Part shown: positions 27,916 through 37,349 of the stretch, in pieces
How the letters are laid out: each line of letters opens with the position of its first letter
How positions within the stretch are numbered: the first letter of the stretch is position 1
Assembly: GCA_964599625.1 (NCBI GenBank)
Contig: CAZRGC010000001.1
Coordinates: forward strand, 115,019 to 179,018
Source: an uncultured Gammaproteobacteria bacterium
Lineage (GTDB): Bacteria > Patescibacteriota > Microgenomatia > UBA8517
Reading direction: 5' to 3'
Length of the DNA stretch: 64,000 nucleotides
Position numbers and translations under genes: made by a program
Notes under the pieces: generated by a model
The model's input: the letters and a program-made list of their open reading frames with translations, nothing else
Database searches by the model: none
Told to the model about the DNA's origin: nothing

Positions 27916-28623
27916 ATGACAAAAATTAGCGCAGTTTTACTGGTTGGAAAAGAATACGATCAGGTATTGTATGAAAGATGTCTGAAATCTCTAAGTTGGG
28001 TAGATGAGATCGTTGAAGTCAAAACGGCAAATATGTCCGGGAGCTTTTCGGAGTGGAGAAATGAAGGTGCAAGACGGGCAAAAAGTGACTGGCTTCTTTA
28101 TGTTGACATCGACGAAGAAATAACAAACGAACTTAGAGAAGAAATCCAAAAGAAGGTGTTGTCCAAAGAATTTTCTGGTTATGCAATTCCAAGGATAAAT
28201 ATCCTCTTAGGAAAAAGATTGGTACTGGGTGGGTGGTACCCTGATTATGTACTAAGATTAATAAAAAAGTCGGACCTTAAAGCCTGGGAGGGCGACTTGC
28301 ACGAACAGCCTGTTCTTACGGGAAAGGTCTCTCATATTGTCAGCCCGATGGTTCACATCAGCCATAGATCAATTTCCGAGATGATAGGCAAAACCAACAA
28401 GTGGTCTGAAATAGAAGCAAAGTTGTTGTTCAATTCAGGACATCCGCCAATGAACATATTAAGATTTTTCTCTGCAGGGGTTCGTGAATTTTGGAGACGT
28501 GGGATAGTTTTAAGAGGTATTTTTGAGGGCCGTGTTGGAATAATTGAAGTTTTGTATCAGACTTTTAGCAGGTGGGTGACATACACAAAACTTTGGGAAT
28601 TACAGATAAAAGCACAACAATGA
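27916..28623 (+). CDS. GT2 glycosyltransferase (WaaE-like, shortened N-terminal region)
   Basis: YVDIDEE, WYPDYVLRL, LHEQ. Confidence 0.78.
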   Translation: MTKISAVLLVGKEYDQVLYERCLKSLSWVDEIVEVKTANMSGSFSEWRNEGARRAKSDWLLYVDIDEEITNELREEIQKKVLSKEFSGYAIPRINILLGKRLVLGGWYPDYVLRLIKKSDLKAWEGDLHEQPVLTGKVSHIVSPMVHISHRSISEMIGKTNKWSEIEAKLLFNSGHPPMNILRFFSAGVREFWRRGIVLRGIFEGRVGIIEVLYQTFSRWVTYTKLWELQIKAQQ

Positions 28624-29645
28624 GAGCAGCCATATACAATCCATATTTTGATACTTTGGGGGGTGGGGAACGATACACCGCCTCAGTTATAAAAGCTTTA
28701 CTGGAAAAAGGCTTTGATGTTGATGTTGAGTGGAACGATCCGGGTTTAAACAAAAAACTTCGCGATAGGTTTGGAATCATTGTTGACAATGCAAGGGTTG
28801 TTCCAAGTATAGAAAGAGGCGATGGCTACGACCTGACCTTTTGGGTCAGTGACGGTAGCATACCCACTTTAAAATCCCGTAAAAATATTCTCCATTTCCA
28901 AGTTCCTTTTCAAAAAGTAGGAGGATCTACGCTTCTAAGTAGAATGAAAATGTTTAGAATTGATCATGTCGTCTGCAATTCTTACTTTACAAAAGGAATA
29001 ATCGATAAGGAATTTTCTGTAAATAGCAAAGTTTTGTACCCACCTGTTGATTTGGATATTTTCAAATCCAAACGTAAAGAAAATATAATTCTTTACGTTG
29101 GAAGATTTTCAAAACTCAAGCAGGCAAAAAGACAAGACGTGCTTATTAGAGCCTTCAAGGAAATGTATGACAGCGGTACTCTCAAAAATTGGAAAATGAT
29201 TTTAGCAGGGGGCGCCGAAGTCGGGGACGATGACTTTTCATATGAACTTAAAAAAGAATCCGAAACGTATCCGATAAGATTTATAAAGAGTCCGGGTATC
29301 AAAGATCTTGTAAGTCTATATGCCTCTGCCAGACTTTATTGGTCAGCATCCGGATTTGGGGTAGATGAAATTGCCAGTCCGGACAAGGTTGAGCATTTTG
29401 GACTAAGTGTTGTCGAAGCAATGGCGAGCGGTTGTGTTCCGTTGGTCTTTGATTCAGGTGGCCATAGAGAAATTGTTTCAAACGGCGCGGACGGTTTTTT
29501 GTGGAAAAACGAGCAGGAATTAAAAAGTTTGACAGAAGATGTACTTAAATCACGACATTTTTTGGAAATTGTAAAAAAAGCAAAGTCTAAAAGTGAACAA
29601 TTTTCTTATTCAAAATTTGTTGACACCCTCTTTCAGTTCATTTAA
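28620..29645 (+). CDS. GT4 glycosyltransferase
   Basis: GGGER, NSYFT, YPPVD, VGRF, EHFGLSVVEAMASG. Confidence 0.88.
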   Translation: MRAAIYNPYFDTLGGGERYTASVIKALLEKGFDVDVEWNDPGLNKKLRDRFGIIVDNARVVPSIERGDGYDLTFWVSDGSIPTLKSRKNILHFQVPFQKVGGSTLLSRMKMFRIDHVVCNSYFTKGIIDKEFSVNSKVLYPPVDLDIFKSKRKENIILYVGRFSKLKQAKRQDVLIRAFKEMYDSGTLKNWKMILAGGAEVGDDDFSYELKKESETYPIRFIKSPGIKDLVSLYASARLYWSASGFGVDEIASPDKVEHFGLSVVEAMASGCVPLVFDSGGHREIVSNGADGFLWKNEQELKSLTEDVLKSRHFLEIVKKAKSKSEQFSYSKFVDTLFQFI

Positions 29646-29663
29646 AAAGCCAAGTTTTTAATA

Positions 29664-29669
29664 TATACT
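29664..29669 (+). promoter_or_regulatory. -10 (TATACT) 6 nt before ATG
   Basis: ataTATACTgcaacaATG. Confidence 0.5.
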
Positions 29670-29675
29670 GCAACA

Positions 29676-30575
29676 ATGGCGGGAAAATACCGTGTTTCGG
29701 TTATAATACCAAACCTCAACGGCGAAAAACTTTTGGAAAAAAATTTGCCGTATTTTATTAAGGCTTGGGATCAAAAATCAAACTCCATTGCAGAGATAAT
29801 TGTGGTTGACGATGGCAGTTGGGACGAAAGCGTGTCTTTCCTTAAAAATAAATATCCCAGAATCAAGGTAATAAAACACAAAGTTAACAGGGGGTTCTCA
29901 GCTGCGGTTAATACAGGTGCACGAGCCGCCAAAGGAGATTTACTGCTTCTTATTAACACAGATGTTTTACCGCAGGAAAATTTTTTAGAGCCAGCACTAA
30001 AGTGTTTCGATGACGACAAAGTTTTTGCTGTATCGCTTCACGAGAAAAAATATGGCTATGCAAAAGGTAGTTTTGTCGACGGGTACATAGGTCTATTCAT
30101 GGGCCCTGAGTCCCAAAAAACTGAGCAAAGCTTCTACGTAAGCGGCGGCAGTGGAATTTTTAGAAGAAAGTATTGGATGGACATGGGAGGGATGGACGAA
30201 AAGTTGCTGTCCCCGTTTTATTGGGAAGACATAGACATATGTTACCGTGCCTCAAAAAGAGGATACATCAACCTTTGGGTTCCGGGAGGCAAAGTAGTAC
30301 ACCACCACGAATCTACAATTAGCAAGCTATCAAAGAAATATGTAGAGCGTGTGCGGGAAAGAAACCAACTTTTGGTGATATGGAAAAACATCCATAGTAC
30401 TTCACTTTTAAGAAAACACGTCATTGGTGTCTTGAGGCGATTAATTGCCCACCCGGGGTATTTGCGCATTGTGCTGTTTGCATTAACAAGAATTGGTGTT
30501 GCACTTAAATCTAGGAGTAAAGAAATCAAAGAGAGTAAAATTTCTGATGAAGCAATATTTTCAAGATTTGTCTAG
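29676..30575 (+). CDS. GT2 glycosyltransferase
   Basis: VDDGSWD, NRGFS, INTD, FYWEDIDI. Confidence 0.87.
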   Translation: MAGKYRVSVIIPNLNGEKLLEKNLPYFIKAWDQKSNSIAEIIVVDDGSWDESVSFLKNKYPRIKVIKHKVNRGFSAAVNTGARAAKGDLLLLINTDVLPQENFLEPALKCFDDDKVFAVSLHEKKYGYAKGSFVDGYIGLFMGPESQKTEQSFYVSGGSGIFRRKYWMDMGGMDEKLLSPFYWEDIDICYRASKRGYINLWVPGGKVVHHHESTISKLSKKYVERVRERNQLLVIWKNIHSTSLLRKHVIGVLRRLIAHPGYLRIVLFALTRIGVALKSRSKEIKESKISDEAIFSRFV

Positions 30576-30576
30576 C

Positions 30577-31416
30577 ATGAAGCCGGAAATATCAATTGTA
30601 ATCGTCAATCTTAACACAAAAGATCTTACGATAGGGTGTTTAAGATCTATAGAAAAATTTTGCAAAAATATCCCGTTTGAGGTTCTTCTGACTGATAATG
30701 GCTCGACAGATGGTTCTGTCGAAGCTTTAAAAAAACTTTCACTAGAAAAGTTTTGGAAAGGTAAGTTCACGCTAATTTTGAACAAAAATAACACAGGGTA
30801 CGCAAAGGCAAACAACCAAGGTATAAAAAAATCACGCGGCAAATATATCTTTCTTCTCAACAACGATACTGTATTACACAAAGGAGCCATCGAGGAACTA
30901 CTAAGTTTTGCTAATAAAACTCCGGACGCCGGTGTGGTTGGATCAAGGCTATTAAATATCGATGGCACTCTGCAAATGTCCTGTTACCATTTTCCAACGC
31001 TTCAAAACGCCATCAAAGAGTATTGGCTTGGCAAAAGGGGACTATTTGAAAAGTTTGCCCCTACCGGTTACGCTCCTATACCTGTTGATTCGGTTGTTGG
31101 TGCTGCATTTTTGATAACACCTGCTGCTATTGAAAAAGTTGGCATGCTAGACGAGAGATATTTTGCATATTTTGAAGACATTGATTATTGCAGGCAGGTA
31201 TGGAGAAACGAAATGAAAGTCTACTACCTTCCGGCTTCTGTAATAACACATTATCACGGTGCAACATTCAAAAAATTATCAAACGAGTCAGAAAGATGGA
31301 AAAAATTAATTCCTTCAAGCAAGATTTATCATGGTTTATTTAACCACTATCTTATAAATTCAGTTCTATGGTTGGGTCAAAAGTGGAGAAAAATTATTTC
31401 TCGGATCGCTCCATAA
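30577..31416 (+). CDS. GT2 glycosyltransferase (WbbL-like)
   Basis: DNGSTDGS, GYAKANNQG, LLNND, DERYFAYFEDIDYC. Confidence 0.87.
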   Translation: MKPEISIVIVNLNTKDLTIGCLRSIEKFCKNIPFEVLLTDNGSTDGSVEALKKLSLEKFWKGKFTLILNKNNTGYAKANNQGIKKSRGKYIFLLNNDTVLHKGAIEELLSFANKTPDAGVVGSRLLNIDGTLQMSCYHFPTLQNAIKEYWLGKRGLFEKFAPTGYAPIPVDSVVGAAFLITPAAIEKVGMLDERYFAYFEDIDYCRQVWRNEMKVYYLPASVITHYHGATFKKLSNESERWKKLIPSSKIYHGLFNHYLINSVLWLGQKWRKIISRIAP

Positions 31417-33070
31417 ATATATACGCCTCACCTCCGTCAGTTCTGTAGGTTTTACGAATCACCCTGGCTTTTAACCCGGCTTTGATTTGGCTTTCATATC
31501 CACATACCCACGAATTTATAACTAAAATATTTTTTTCCTTATTTTCACTAAAAGCAAAATCTGATGGACAGGATTTGTCGGTAAAAATAATATTTTCCCA
31601 ATTTCTTACATTTGACCCTGGGATGTAGCTATTCCGGTTAAACAGGGAAGGGTCTTTCTTGTTTAAGAATGCATACCAGGGGTAGATATTATCTGGAAAC
31701 CCGGAAACTATAATTTTTTGGTAATTGTCTTTTATTTCTTGTATTTCGAGTGCCAGTTCTTTGGATCCGGAATTCCTGTATGACGGATTATCCAGAATAA
31801 AGTCCCGCAAAAAAGGTTTTTGGGAAATGTTGTGATTGAAATACAAATGTGAGAAATGTAAAAAAGAAAGTAGGTAAACGCACAAAAAAATTGGGGTAAA
31901 TATTTTCAACTTTCCTTTTCTCAGTGAGCCTAAACCATATGAAGCAATTATTGTTAAAAATGGCAACATCAGCATAGATCTCTGTAGGTTGGGTGAGTCT
32001 TCGGATGTAAGGGATGCCGATATTGGGGCCAATAACAATAAAATTAGAGGCAAATATCCATGTCTACCTTTGGATATTTGCAAAAGCCCGATGGCGATAA
32101 GAAAAATGTCTGCGATATATACCAAGCCGATCCCGGGGGTGGTGTAGCGATAAGGCACTGCTTCTTTTCCTATCAAAAATTGTGGAGAGAAATATTCAAA
32201 ATAAGAAAATACTAGGTTTTTGGAATAAACAACGTATTTATTGTCGAAAAAAATAAACCATCTGGCACCCTTTGTATTTTCGCTTCTTAATCTTGCCAGT
32301 TCGTACTGTGTGTCAATATCTTTGAATATTGACACCTGCTCAAATCTACGGAGACCGCCCGCTGTTTTGGAATAAAATAGAGTACATGCAAAAACTGCAA
32401 GCAAAAAAAATACAACGGTTTTGACATCAATTTTTCTTGCTTTGGTGAAATAGATAACGGCAATCGCCGATAAAAGAAGCGGCAGTTCCAGTCTGGCAGA
32501 GTGATAGAGGCTCATCGCGGCCAAAGATCCGGCAAAGCTAAATATCAGTGAACGGATCGAATTTTTTCGCAGATACCTCACAAAATACAACAAAGATAAA
32601 ACCACAAAAAAAGTAGAGATAACCGCTTCGTTTGTGGTTCTGGAAGTTGAGATATGCCATGGCGACAACGCCAGCAAAAGTGCAGCAATTTCACCAGTTG
32701 AAAAGTAATTTCTAGAACCTTTATGTCTAGATATCTCGTTTACAATTATTGCCAATGGGAAAACTGTAAGTGCTCCAAAGAAGGCGGAGGAAAACCTTAT
32801 GGCAAAAATATTTTCACCAAAAATTTTTAAAAAAAGTGTGGTTAGATAAAATATTCCGGAAGGTCTGAAGTCCCCAAATGAATCGTAATATAGGCCAACT
32901 ACTTCGTTTTTGTCACCTAGCCCAGTCTTTAATATAGATAATGAATTCCAACCTACCTTTATTTCGTCAACATGCAACCCTGAAGGTAGAGCTCCCAAAT
33001 TTACAGTTCGTATAAAAAGTGCAAAACCAAATATCCAAAGCAGTTTGTTGGAGATAATTTTTTTCAACAC
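31394..33070 (-). CDS. GT-C membrane glycosyltransferase, array paralogue 1
   Basis: LHVDE, SILKTG, SFGDFRP, SPWHI, YHSAR; start likely GTG 33070, preceded by GGAG. Confidence 0.8.
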   Translation of the reverse strand: MLKKIISNKLLWIFGFALFIRTVNLGALPSGLHVDEIKVGWNSLSILKTGLGDKNEVVGLYYDSFGDFRPSGIFYLTTLFLKIFGENIFAIRFSSAFFGALTVFPLAIIVNEISRHKGSRNYFSTGEIAALLLALSPWHISTSRTTNEAVISTFFVVLSLLYFVRYLRKNSIRSLIFSFAGSLAAMSLYHSARLELPLLLSAIAVIYFTKARKIDVKTVVFFLLAVFACTLFYSKTAGGLRRFEQVSIFKDIDTQYELARLRSENTKGARWFIFFDNKYVVYSKNLVFSYFEYFSPQFLIGKEAVPYRYTTPGIGLVYIADIFLIAIGLLQISKGRHGYLPLILLLLAPISASLTSEDSPNLQRSMLMLPFLTIIASYGLGSLRKGKLKIFTPIFLCVYLLSFLHFSHLYFNHNISQKPFLRDFILDNPSYRNSGSKELALEIQEIKDNYQKIIVSGFPDNIYPWYAFLNKKDPSLFNRNSYIPGSNVRNWENIIFTDKSCPSDFAFSENKEKNILVINSWVCGYESQIKAGLKARVIRKTYRTDGGEAYIFMERSEK

Positions 33071-33105
33071 ATTATAAATCTCCAGAATTTTACAGCAACA
33101 TAGTA

Positions 33106-33116
33106 AATGATACAAT
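33106..33116. promoter_or_regulatory. putative bidirectional -10 element AATGATACAAT
   Basis: Same 11-mer as at 8072 and 37334, again between divergent genes. Confidence 0.55.
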
Positions 33117-33125
33117 TCATTTACA

Positions 33126-34844
33126 ATGTTAGAAAAATACAGAAATAAAATACTTGTAATTATTCTTCTTTTTGCAGCACTCCTTAGATTTTGCAACTTG
33201 TCTTCAAATCCACCTTCAATGTTTGGTGACGAACTTGATGTTGGTTATCACGCCTACTCAATCCTTAAAACCGGAAAGGACTATCAGGGAAATCTCCTCC
33301 CGTTGAATTTTCATTCGCTAGCCGAATGGAGAACACCACTTTATTTGTATTCGGCAGTACCAACTGTGGCAATATTCGGCGTTTCCCCACTGGGCGTAAG
33401 AATCCCGGCTGCCCTATTTGGCTTATTGGGTGTTTATCTTTTGTATCTCCTGGTTAAGGAAATTTTTGACGATTTCAGAATTGGAATTTTGGCGGCTACA
33501 ATATTGGCCATTTCACCCTGGCACATACAATATTCCAGGGCCGGTTTCGAAGTCACTGAAATGATTGCCTTTTTGATTGCCGGAATTTATTTTTTCCTCA
33601 GGTCTCTCAAAAAAAATAGATACTTATATCTTTCTGTTTTATTTTTCATTTTAACGGCATATACATATTCCACCGCCAAAGTATTCACACCAATACTGAT
33701 GCTTTTTATTTTATTTATTTGGAAAAAAGAGATTCAATTCTTTGAAAAAAAACAGCTTATAAAGACTTTACTGACAGGTTTTGTCTTGGGATTGCCGCTA
33801 GTGTATTCAATTGTCTTTGTCGGAGGCGCACAGCGGTTTAACTATATAAGTGTATTTGCCGATCCAACTACAGAAGCAGAAGTGGGTGTTTCAAGGTCGG
33901 CAGACTCTTTTGCCAGGGGTGAAACAGGTTTGGCGCAAACACCTAGAATTTTTGACAGGATAGCTCACAATAAATTCACTTATTGGGGAAATCAGATTTT
34001 AGTTAACTATTTTAAGTCTTTCTCCACTAATTTTTTATTTATTAAAGGTGATCCAAATCCAAGGCAATCTGTTGGGATTGGAGAGTTTTACAAAATTGAA
34101 GCTTTAGCATTGGTTTTTGGATTAATATTTCTGTTTATCAATAAACGGACCCCTATTAAAAACAAAATACTTTTGGTGGTGTGGCTACTTATGGCACCAA
34201 TCCCTGCATCGCTTACCAAGGACGGTGGAGATCATGCAACCCGACTTATACTCATGCTTCCGCCTATTATTGCAATAATCGCACTTGGTTGGAGTGGGTT
34301 GTACGATATTTTTACTGCAAAGCGGCGAATATTTTATGTTTTTACGCTAACATTTTTATATGTTTTAAGTTTTATTTTTTACATGCATCAATATTTGGTT
34401 CACTATCCGGTTGAAAGTGAAAGATGGTGGCATTATGGATGGTCTCAGGCACTTGAAACAGTCAAAAAACTGGATACCGATTATGACAGAGTAATAATTT
34501 CCATGGCGGGCGAACCTGCCTGGATATTTTTTGCTGCACATTATCAGTACGATCCCTCAAGCTGGCAATTATCGTTTCCAATCGGTAACGATATTCAAGT
34601 AGAAGGATTTGGAAAGATATCTCATACAGGTAAGTATTATTTTGGTACACCCTCGGACGATGTTCAGATATACGGTTTGAGTAGAGTTGTGGACAACAAG
34701 ACTTTGTATTTGGCAAATGCTAAAGAAGTTGGAGAGAACTTGATATTACACCCAGACAAAAAACCCCAAGGCCTTAAACTCATAAAATCTGTCAGCTATT
34801 TGTCTGGTGAGCCTGCTTTTTATATTTTTACCTCCGAGAAGTAG
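33126..34844 (+). CDS. GT-C membrane glycosyltransferase, array paralogue 2
   Basis: MFGDE, GYHAYSILKTGKD, SPWHIQYSRAGFE, HATR. Confidence 0.83.
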   Translation: MLEKYRNKILVIILLFAALLRFCNLSSNPPSMFGDELDVGYHAYSILKTGKDYQGNLLPLNFHSLAEWRTPLYLYSAVPTVAIFGVSPLGVRIPAALFGLLGVYLLYLLVKEIFDDFRIGILAATILAISPWHIQYSRAGFEVTEMIAFLIAGIYFFLRSLKKNRYLYLSVLFFILTAYTYSTAKVFTPILMLFILFIWKKEIQFFEKKQLIKTLLTGFVLGLPLVYSIVFVGGAQRFNYISVFADPTTEAEVGVSRSADSFARGETGLAQTPRIFDRIAHNKFTYWGNQILVNYFKSFSTNFLFIKGDPNPRQSVGIGEFYKIEALALVFGLIFLFINKRTPIKNKILLVVWLLMAPIPASLTKDGGDHATRLILMLPPIIAIIALGWSGLYDIFTAKRRIFYVFTLTFLYVLSFIFYMHQYLVHYPVESERWWHYGWSQALETVKKLDTDYDRVIISMAGEPAWIFFAAHYQYDPSSWQLSFPIGNDIQVEGFGKISHTGKYYFGTPSDDVQIYGLSRVVDNKTLYLANAKEVGENLILHPDKKPQGLKLIKSVSYLSGEPAFYIFTSEK

Positions 34845-36525
34845 GCGCAGTTTCTGACTGGTATTTTTCCCATTCCGGGTTTGTCCGGACGATTCTGTAA
34901 GCTATTGTACCGTCAGGATATTTAATTTCTTTGACTAACTCTAATTTGTGATTTTTGATTTGCTGTTCTGATATTCCCAACTCGTCGCCGATAAGGTATT
35001 GGTCAATCTTAAGGTCTTCACGCCAAACAATTGCTCTTGTCGTGATATTTCCAACGTGCTTCTGAGGATTCCTTTTTAAGTCTGTGTAATAACTGTCAGT
35101 GTTCACCTCAAAGTTTTCTCTTTGATATTTTTCAGGCGGGTATTTCATAAAGAATGCGATTTGCAGATCGGGGTCGCTTCTGGCATTGTCAACAACAATC
35201 GGTAGTTGAGGGTCTAGGTTTTTAATGGTGTTGGTAACCACTTCCCAACCCCAATCCCAATACTTTGCCCGATAGAATTCGTTTAGAATTATTCCAGAGC
35301 TATAAAGCTTGGTTAAAGAATACATAACCAAAAAACACAAGAATGCAGTTAACATTTTTTTAGGTAATACCTTGTATAAAAACTTATGTGTGTCGAGAAT
35401 TCCATAAGAAATAATTATTAGCTGAGGTATGACAAGTGGCAGTGCCCTGATTGTTGTATAAGGGTCTCTTGTTACGGCAGCAGGAATTGGAGAAACTAAA
35501 AGCATTAAGATAACAAGAAAATCTAAATTGTTTTTTTGTTTTTTCGTGAATATCGTCCATAAACCGAATAGATAAAAAGGAAATTGCCACATGAAGTGCG
35601 TCGAGAGTTCCGGGAAAGAACTTCTTGGTCCGTAATCTCCCAGCGCAAACATAAATCTGGGTGATAAATATGAAAAATACAACGCAAAAAACTCACGGGC
35701 GGATAGATACCAAGACCCGTTAACTAGAGGCTCCAGAAAACCTTTGTACTCTGCAATAAATCCGTCGGGCATTTGTCTTGAATGGGAAAATATGTTTAAA
35801 CCGGATGCACGGGCAAGGAATCCGGGAGTGTGCATAATACTTACAGTCGGCAGGCTTATAGCAAGCCCAATGATTAATCCTCCTATCAAAAATCTAAAAT
35901 GAGATTTTGATAACAGGTTATTCCGATATTTCAAAAAGAGTATAAGCATTGTTAGTGGGGTTATTACCCTTTGGGAATGATAAGCAGGAATTGCGATTCC
36001 AAAAAGGAATGCTGAAAGTAATAAATATTTAGGTTTATCCAGTGACTTGTAAAAACTCAAAATACCGCTTAAATAGAAAAAAAGTGCGACATTGCATTCA
36101 AAATTTGTTCTTCCAAAAAGAATGTGCCAAGGGGAAATAGAAAGCAAAACTATGCTGATTACGGCCAGATTTTGGTTGCCAGAAAGCCTTTTAACAAGCA
36201 GGTATAGGATGGGAATGGTTGCGATACTAAAAATAAATGAAGGCAGGCGTACCGTGAACGGCGACAAGCCAAAGATTGGTATTAGTGGCACTATTGAATA
36301 TATATAAACAGGTGTTTTGAAATCCGTAAGTGATCTAAAAACAATAGGAAATGCCTTGCCGAACTCATCCTTTCCTGTTTTTAGGATTGAGTACGCGCTA
36401 TATCCTTGGCCTGCTTCGTCAACATAAAAACCTGCAGGGGCATCTCCTAAGTATAATCCGCGCGTAATAACTGCAAGCAAAACAACCGACAAAAATAATA
36501 AGTAATTAAAGTATTTTTTCCACAT
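34828..36525 (-). CDS. GT-C membrane glycosyltransferase, array paralogue 3
   Basis: FYVDE, GYSAYSILKTGKDEFG, SPWHILFGRTNFE. Confidence 0.83.
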   Translation of the reverse strand: MWKKYFNYLLFLSVVLLAVITRGLYLGDAPAGFYVDEAGQGYSAYSILKTGKDEFGKAFPIVFRSLTDFKTPVYIYSIVPLIPIFGLSPFTVRLPSFIFSIATIPILYLLVKRLSGNQNLAVISIVLLSISPWHILFGRTNFECNVALFFYLSGILSFYKSLDKPKYLLLSAFLFGIAIPAYHSQRVITPLTMLILFLKYRNNLLSKSHFRFLIGGLIIGLAISLPTVSIMHTPGFLARASGLNIFSHSRQMPDGFIAEYKGFLEPLVNGSWYLSAREFFALYFSYLSPRFMFALGDYGPRSSFPELSTHFMWQFPFYLFGLWTIFTKKQKNNLDFLVILMLLVSPIPAAVTRDPYTTIRALPLVIPQLIIISYGILDTHKFLYKVLPKKMLTAFLCFLVMYSLTKLYSSGIILNEFYRAKYWDWGWEVVTNTIKNLDPQLPIVVDNARSDPDLQIAFFMKYPPEKYQRENFEVNTDSYYTDLKRNPQKHVGNITTRAIVWREDLKIDQYLIGDELGISEQQIKNHKLELVKEIKYPDGTIAYRIVRTNPEWEKYQSETAPTSRR

Positions 36526-37327
36526 AACTCCTCAGGTATTCAGGGACCGACAACAACAAAACAAAACAGGCAATGATGTTGAAAAATTTTCTTTTTTCAG
36601 AATATAAGACATTAATACCGTGAATCATTATCGCTGATATTGGGATAAAAAGTATAAAGTCCAACCTGTCATAGTTTTTAAGCAATGACAGAGCAACTAT
36701 TTCTGCAACCAGAAAAAGTAATACCTTTTTGTAGTTTTTCAGTTTTGGAATCGCAAAAACTCCGGCAATAAAAAAAATGATAGTAACAAATGGATATTTG
36801 TATAAGTTTTGATTTTCAAGGGAAATTGGTCTCGGGTGAAGTGCGAAAAAGTAATTGTTAATGTCTGTCATTACAAAAAAGTTATTCAAAATCTTGTCAG
36901 TATAAATTTTCCCTTTGTTTTGAAAAGTTCTTGCCAAAACAACATTGGGGTAAAGGTGGATGTTTCTAAGTATCAGCTGTTCAGCCTCGTAGTCTTTGTT
37001 GAACACAGTCTGTCCCGCAAACGGCTTAAAAGTTACCGTTACTAATACGGCAGCAATTATCAGCAAAAAAACTTTGTATGGTTTGTATTCAAGAATTAAA
37101 TCAAAAACGAATATTAATGCGGGTAATGTGGCTAGTTTTGGATTAAGAATACCCAGAATCAAAAGGGGGACTGCATAAACTTTCTTGCCTTTCAGAAACA
37201 ACAAAAAACCAACCCCAGATATTACCAAAGCAATAAAATACTCCAAAAAATCCGGGAAGGTATTGTTCAAAAAAAGATTCAACGGCCAAAGCCCCAGACT
37301 TAAAGCAATGATGATTCTTTTGAGCAT
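36506..37327 (-). CDS. shortened GT-C-related membrane protein lacking the acidic DE loop and C-terminal domain
   Basis: ARTFQNKGKIYTDKILNNFF...NNYFF resembles the array paralogues' central loop (HNK...NYF.SFS..FLF); 273 aa from ATG 37327. Confidence 0.6.
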   Translation of the reverse strand: MLKRIIIALSLGLWPLNLFLNNTFPDFLEYFIALVISGVGFLLFLKGKKVYAVPLLILGILNPKLATLPALIFVFDLILEYKPYKVFLLIIAAVLVTVTFKPFAGQTVFNKDYEAEQLILRNIHLYPNVVLARTFQNKGKIYTDKILNNFFVMTDINNYFFALHPRPISLENQNLYKYPFVTIIFFIAGVFAIPKLKNYKKVLLFLVAEIVALSLLKNYDRLDFILFIPISAIMIHGINVLYSEKRKFFNIIACFVLLLSVPEYLRSYVEKIL

Positions 37328-37333
37328 ATCTAG

Positions 37334-37344
37334 AATGATACAAT
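37334..37344. promoter_or_regulatory. putative bidirectional -10 element AATGATACAAT
   Basis: Lies in a 22-bp gap between divergent ATGs (37327 and 37350); TACAAT+5 nt+ATG on plus, TATCAT+7 nt+ATG on minus. Confidence 0.6.
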
Positions 37345-37349
37345 CATAT

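Noticed and set aside
34420-34445. WWHYG (and YWDWG in paralogue 3) resembling the WWDYG motif of STT3/PglB/AglB oligosaccharyltransferases
   Set aside because: It lies right after the last TM and is a variant of the family's WQYG/WRYG/SQYG motif; position and context do not match STT3, so no OST is claimed
33252-36396. 29-bp inverted repeat (26/29) at 33252-33280 and 36368-36396, suggesting an invertible shufflon-like segment
   Set aside because: Both copies encode the conserved AYSILKTGKD motif of oppositely oriented paralogues, all three mismatches are synonymous, and no recombinase is present in the window
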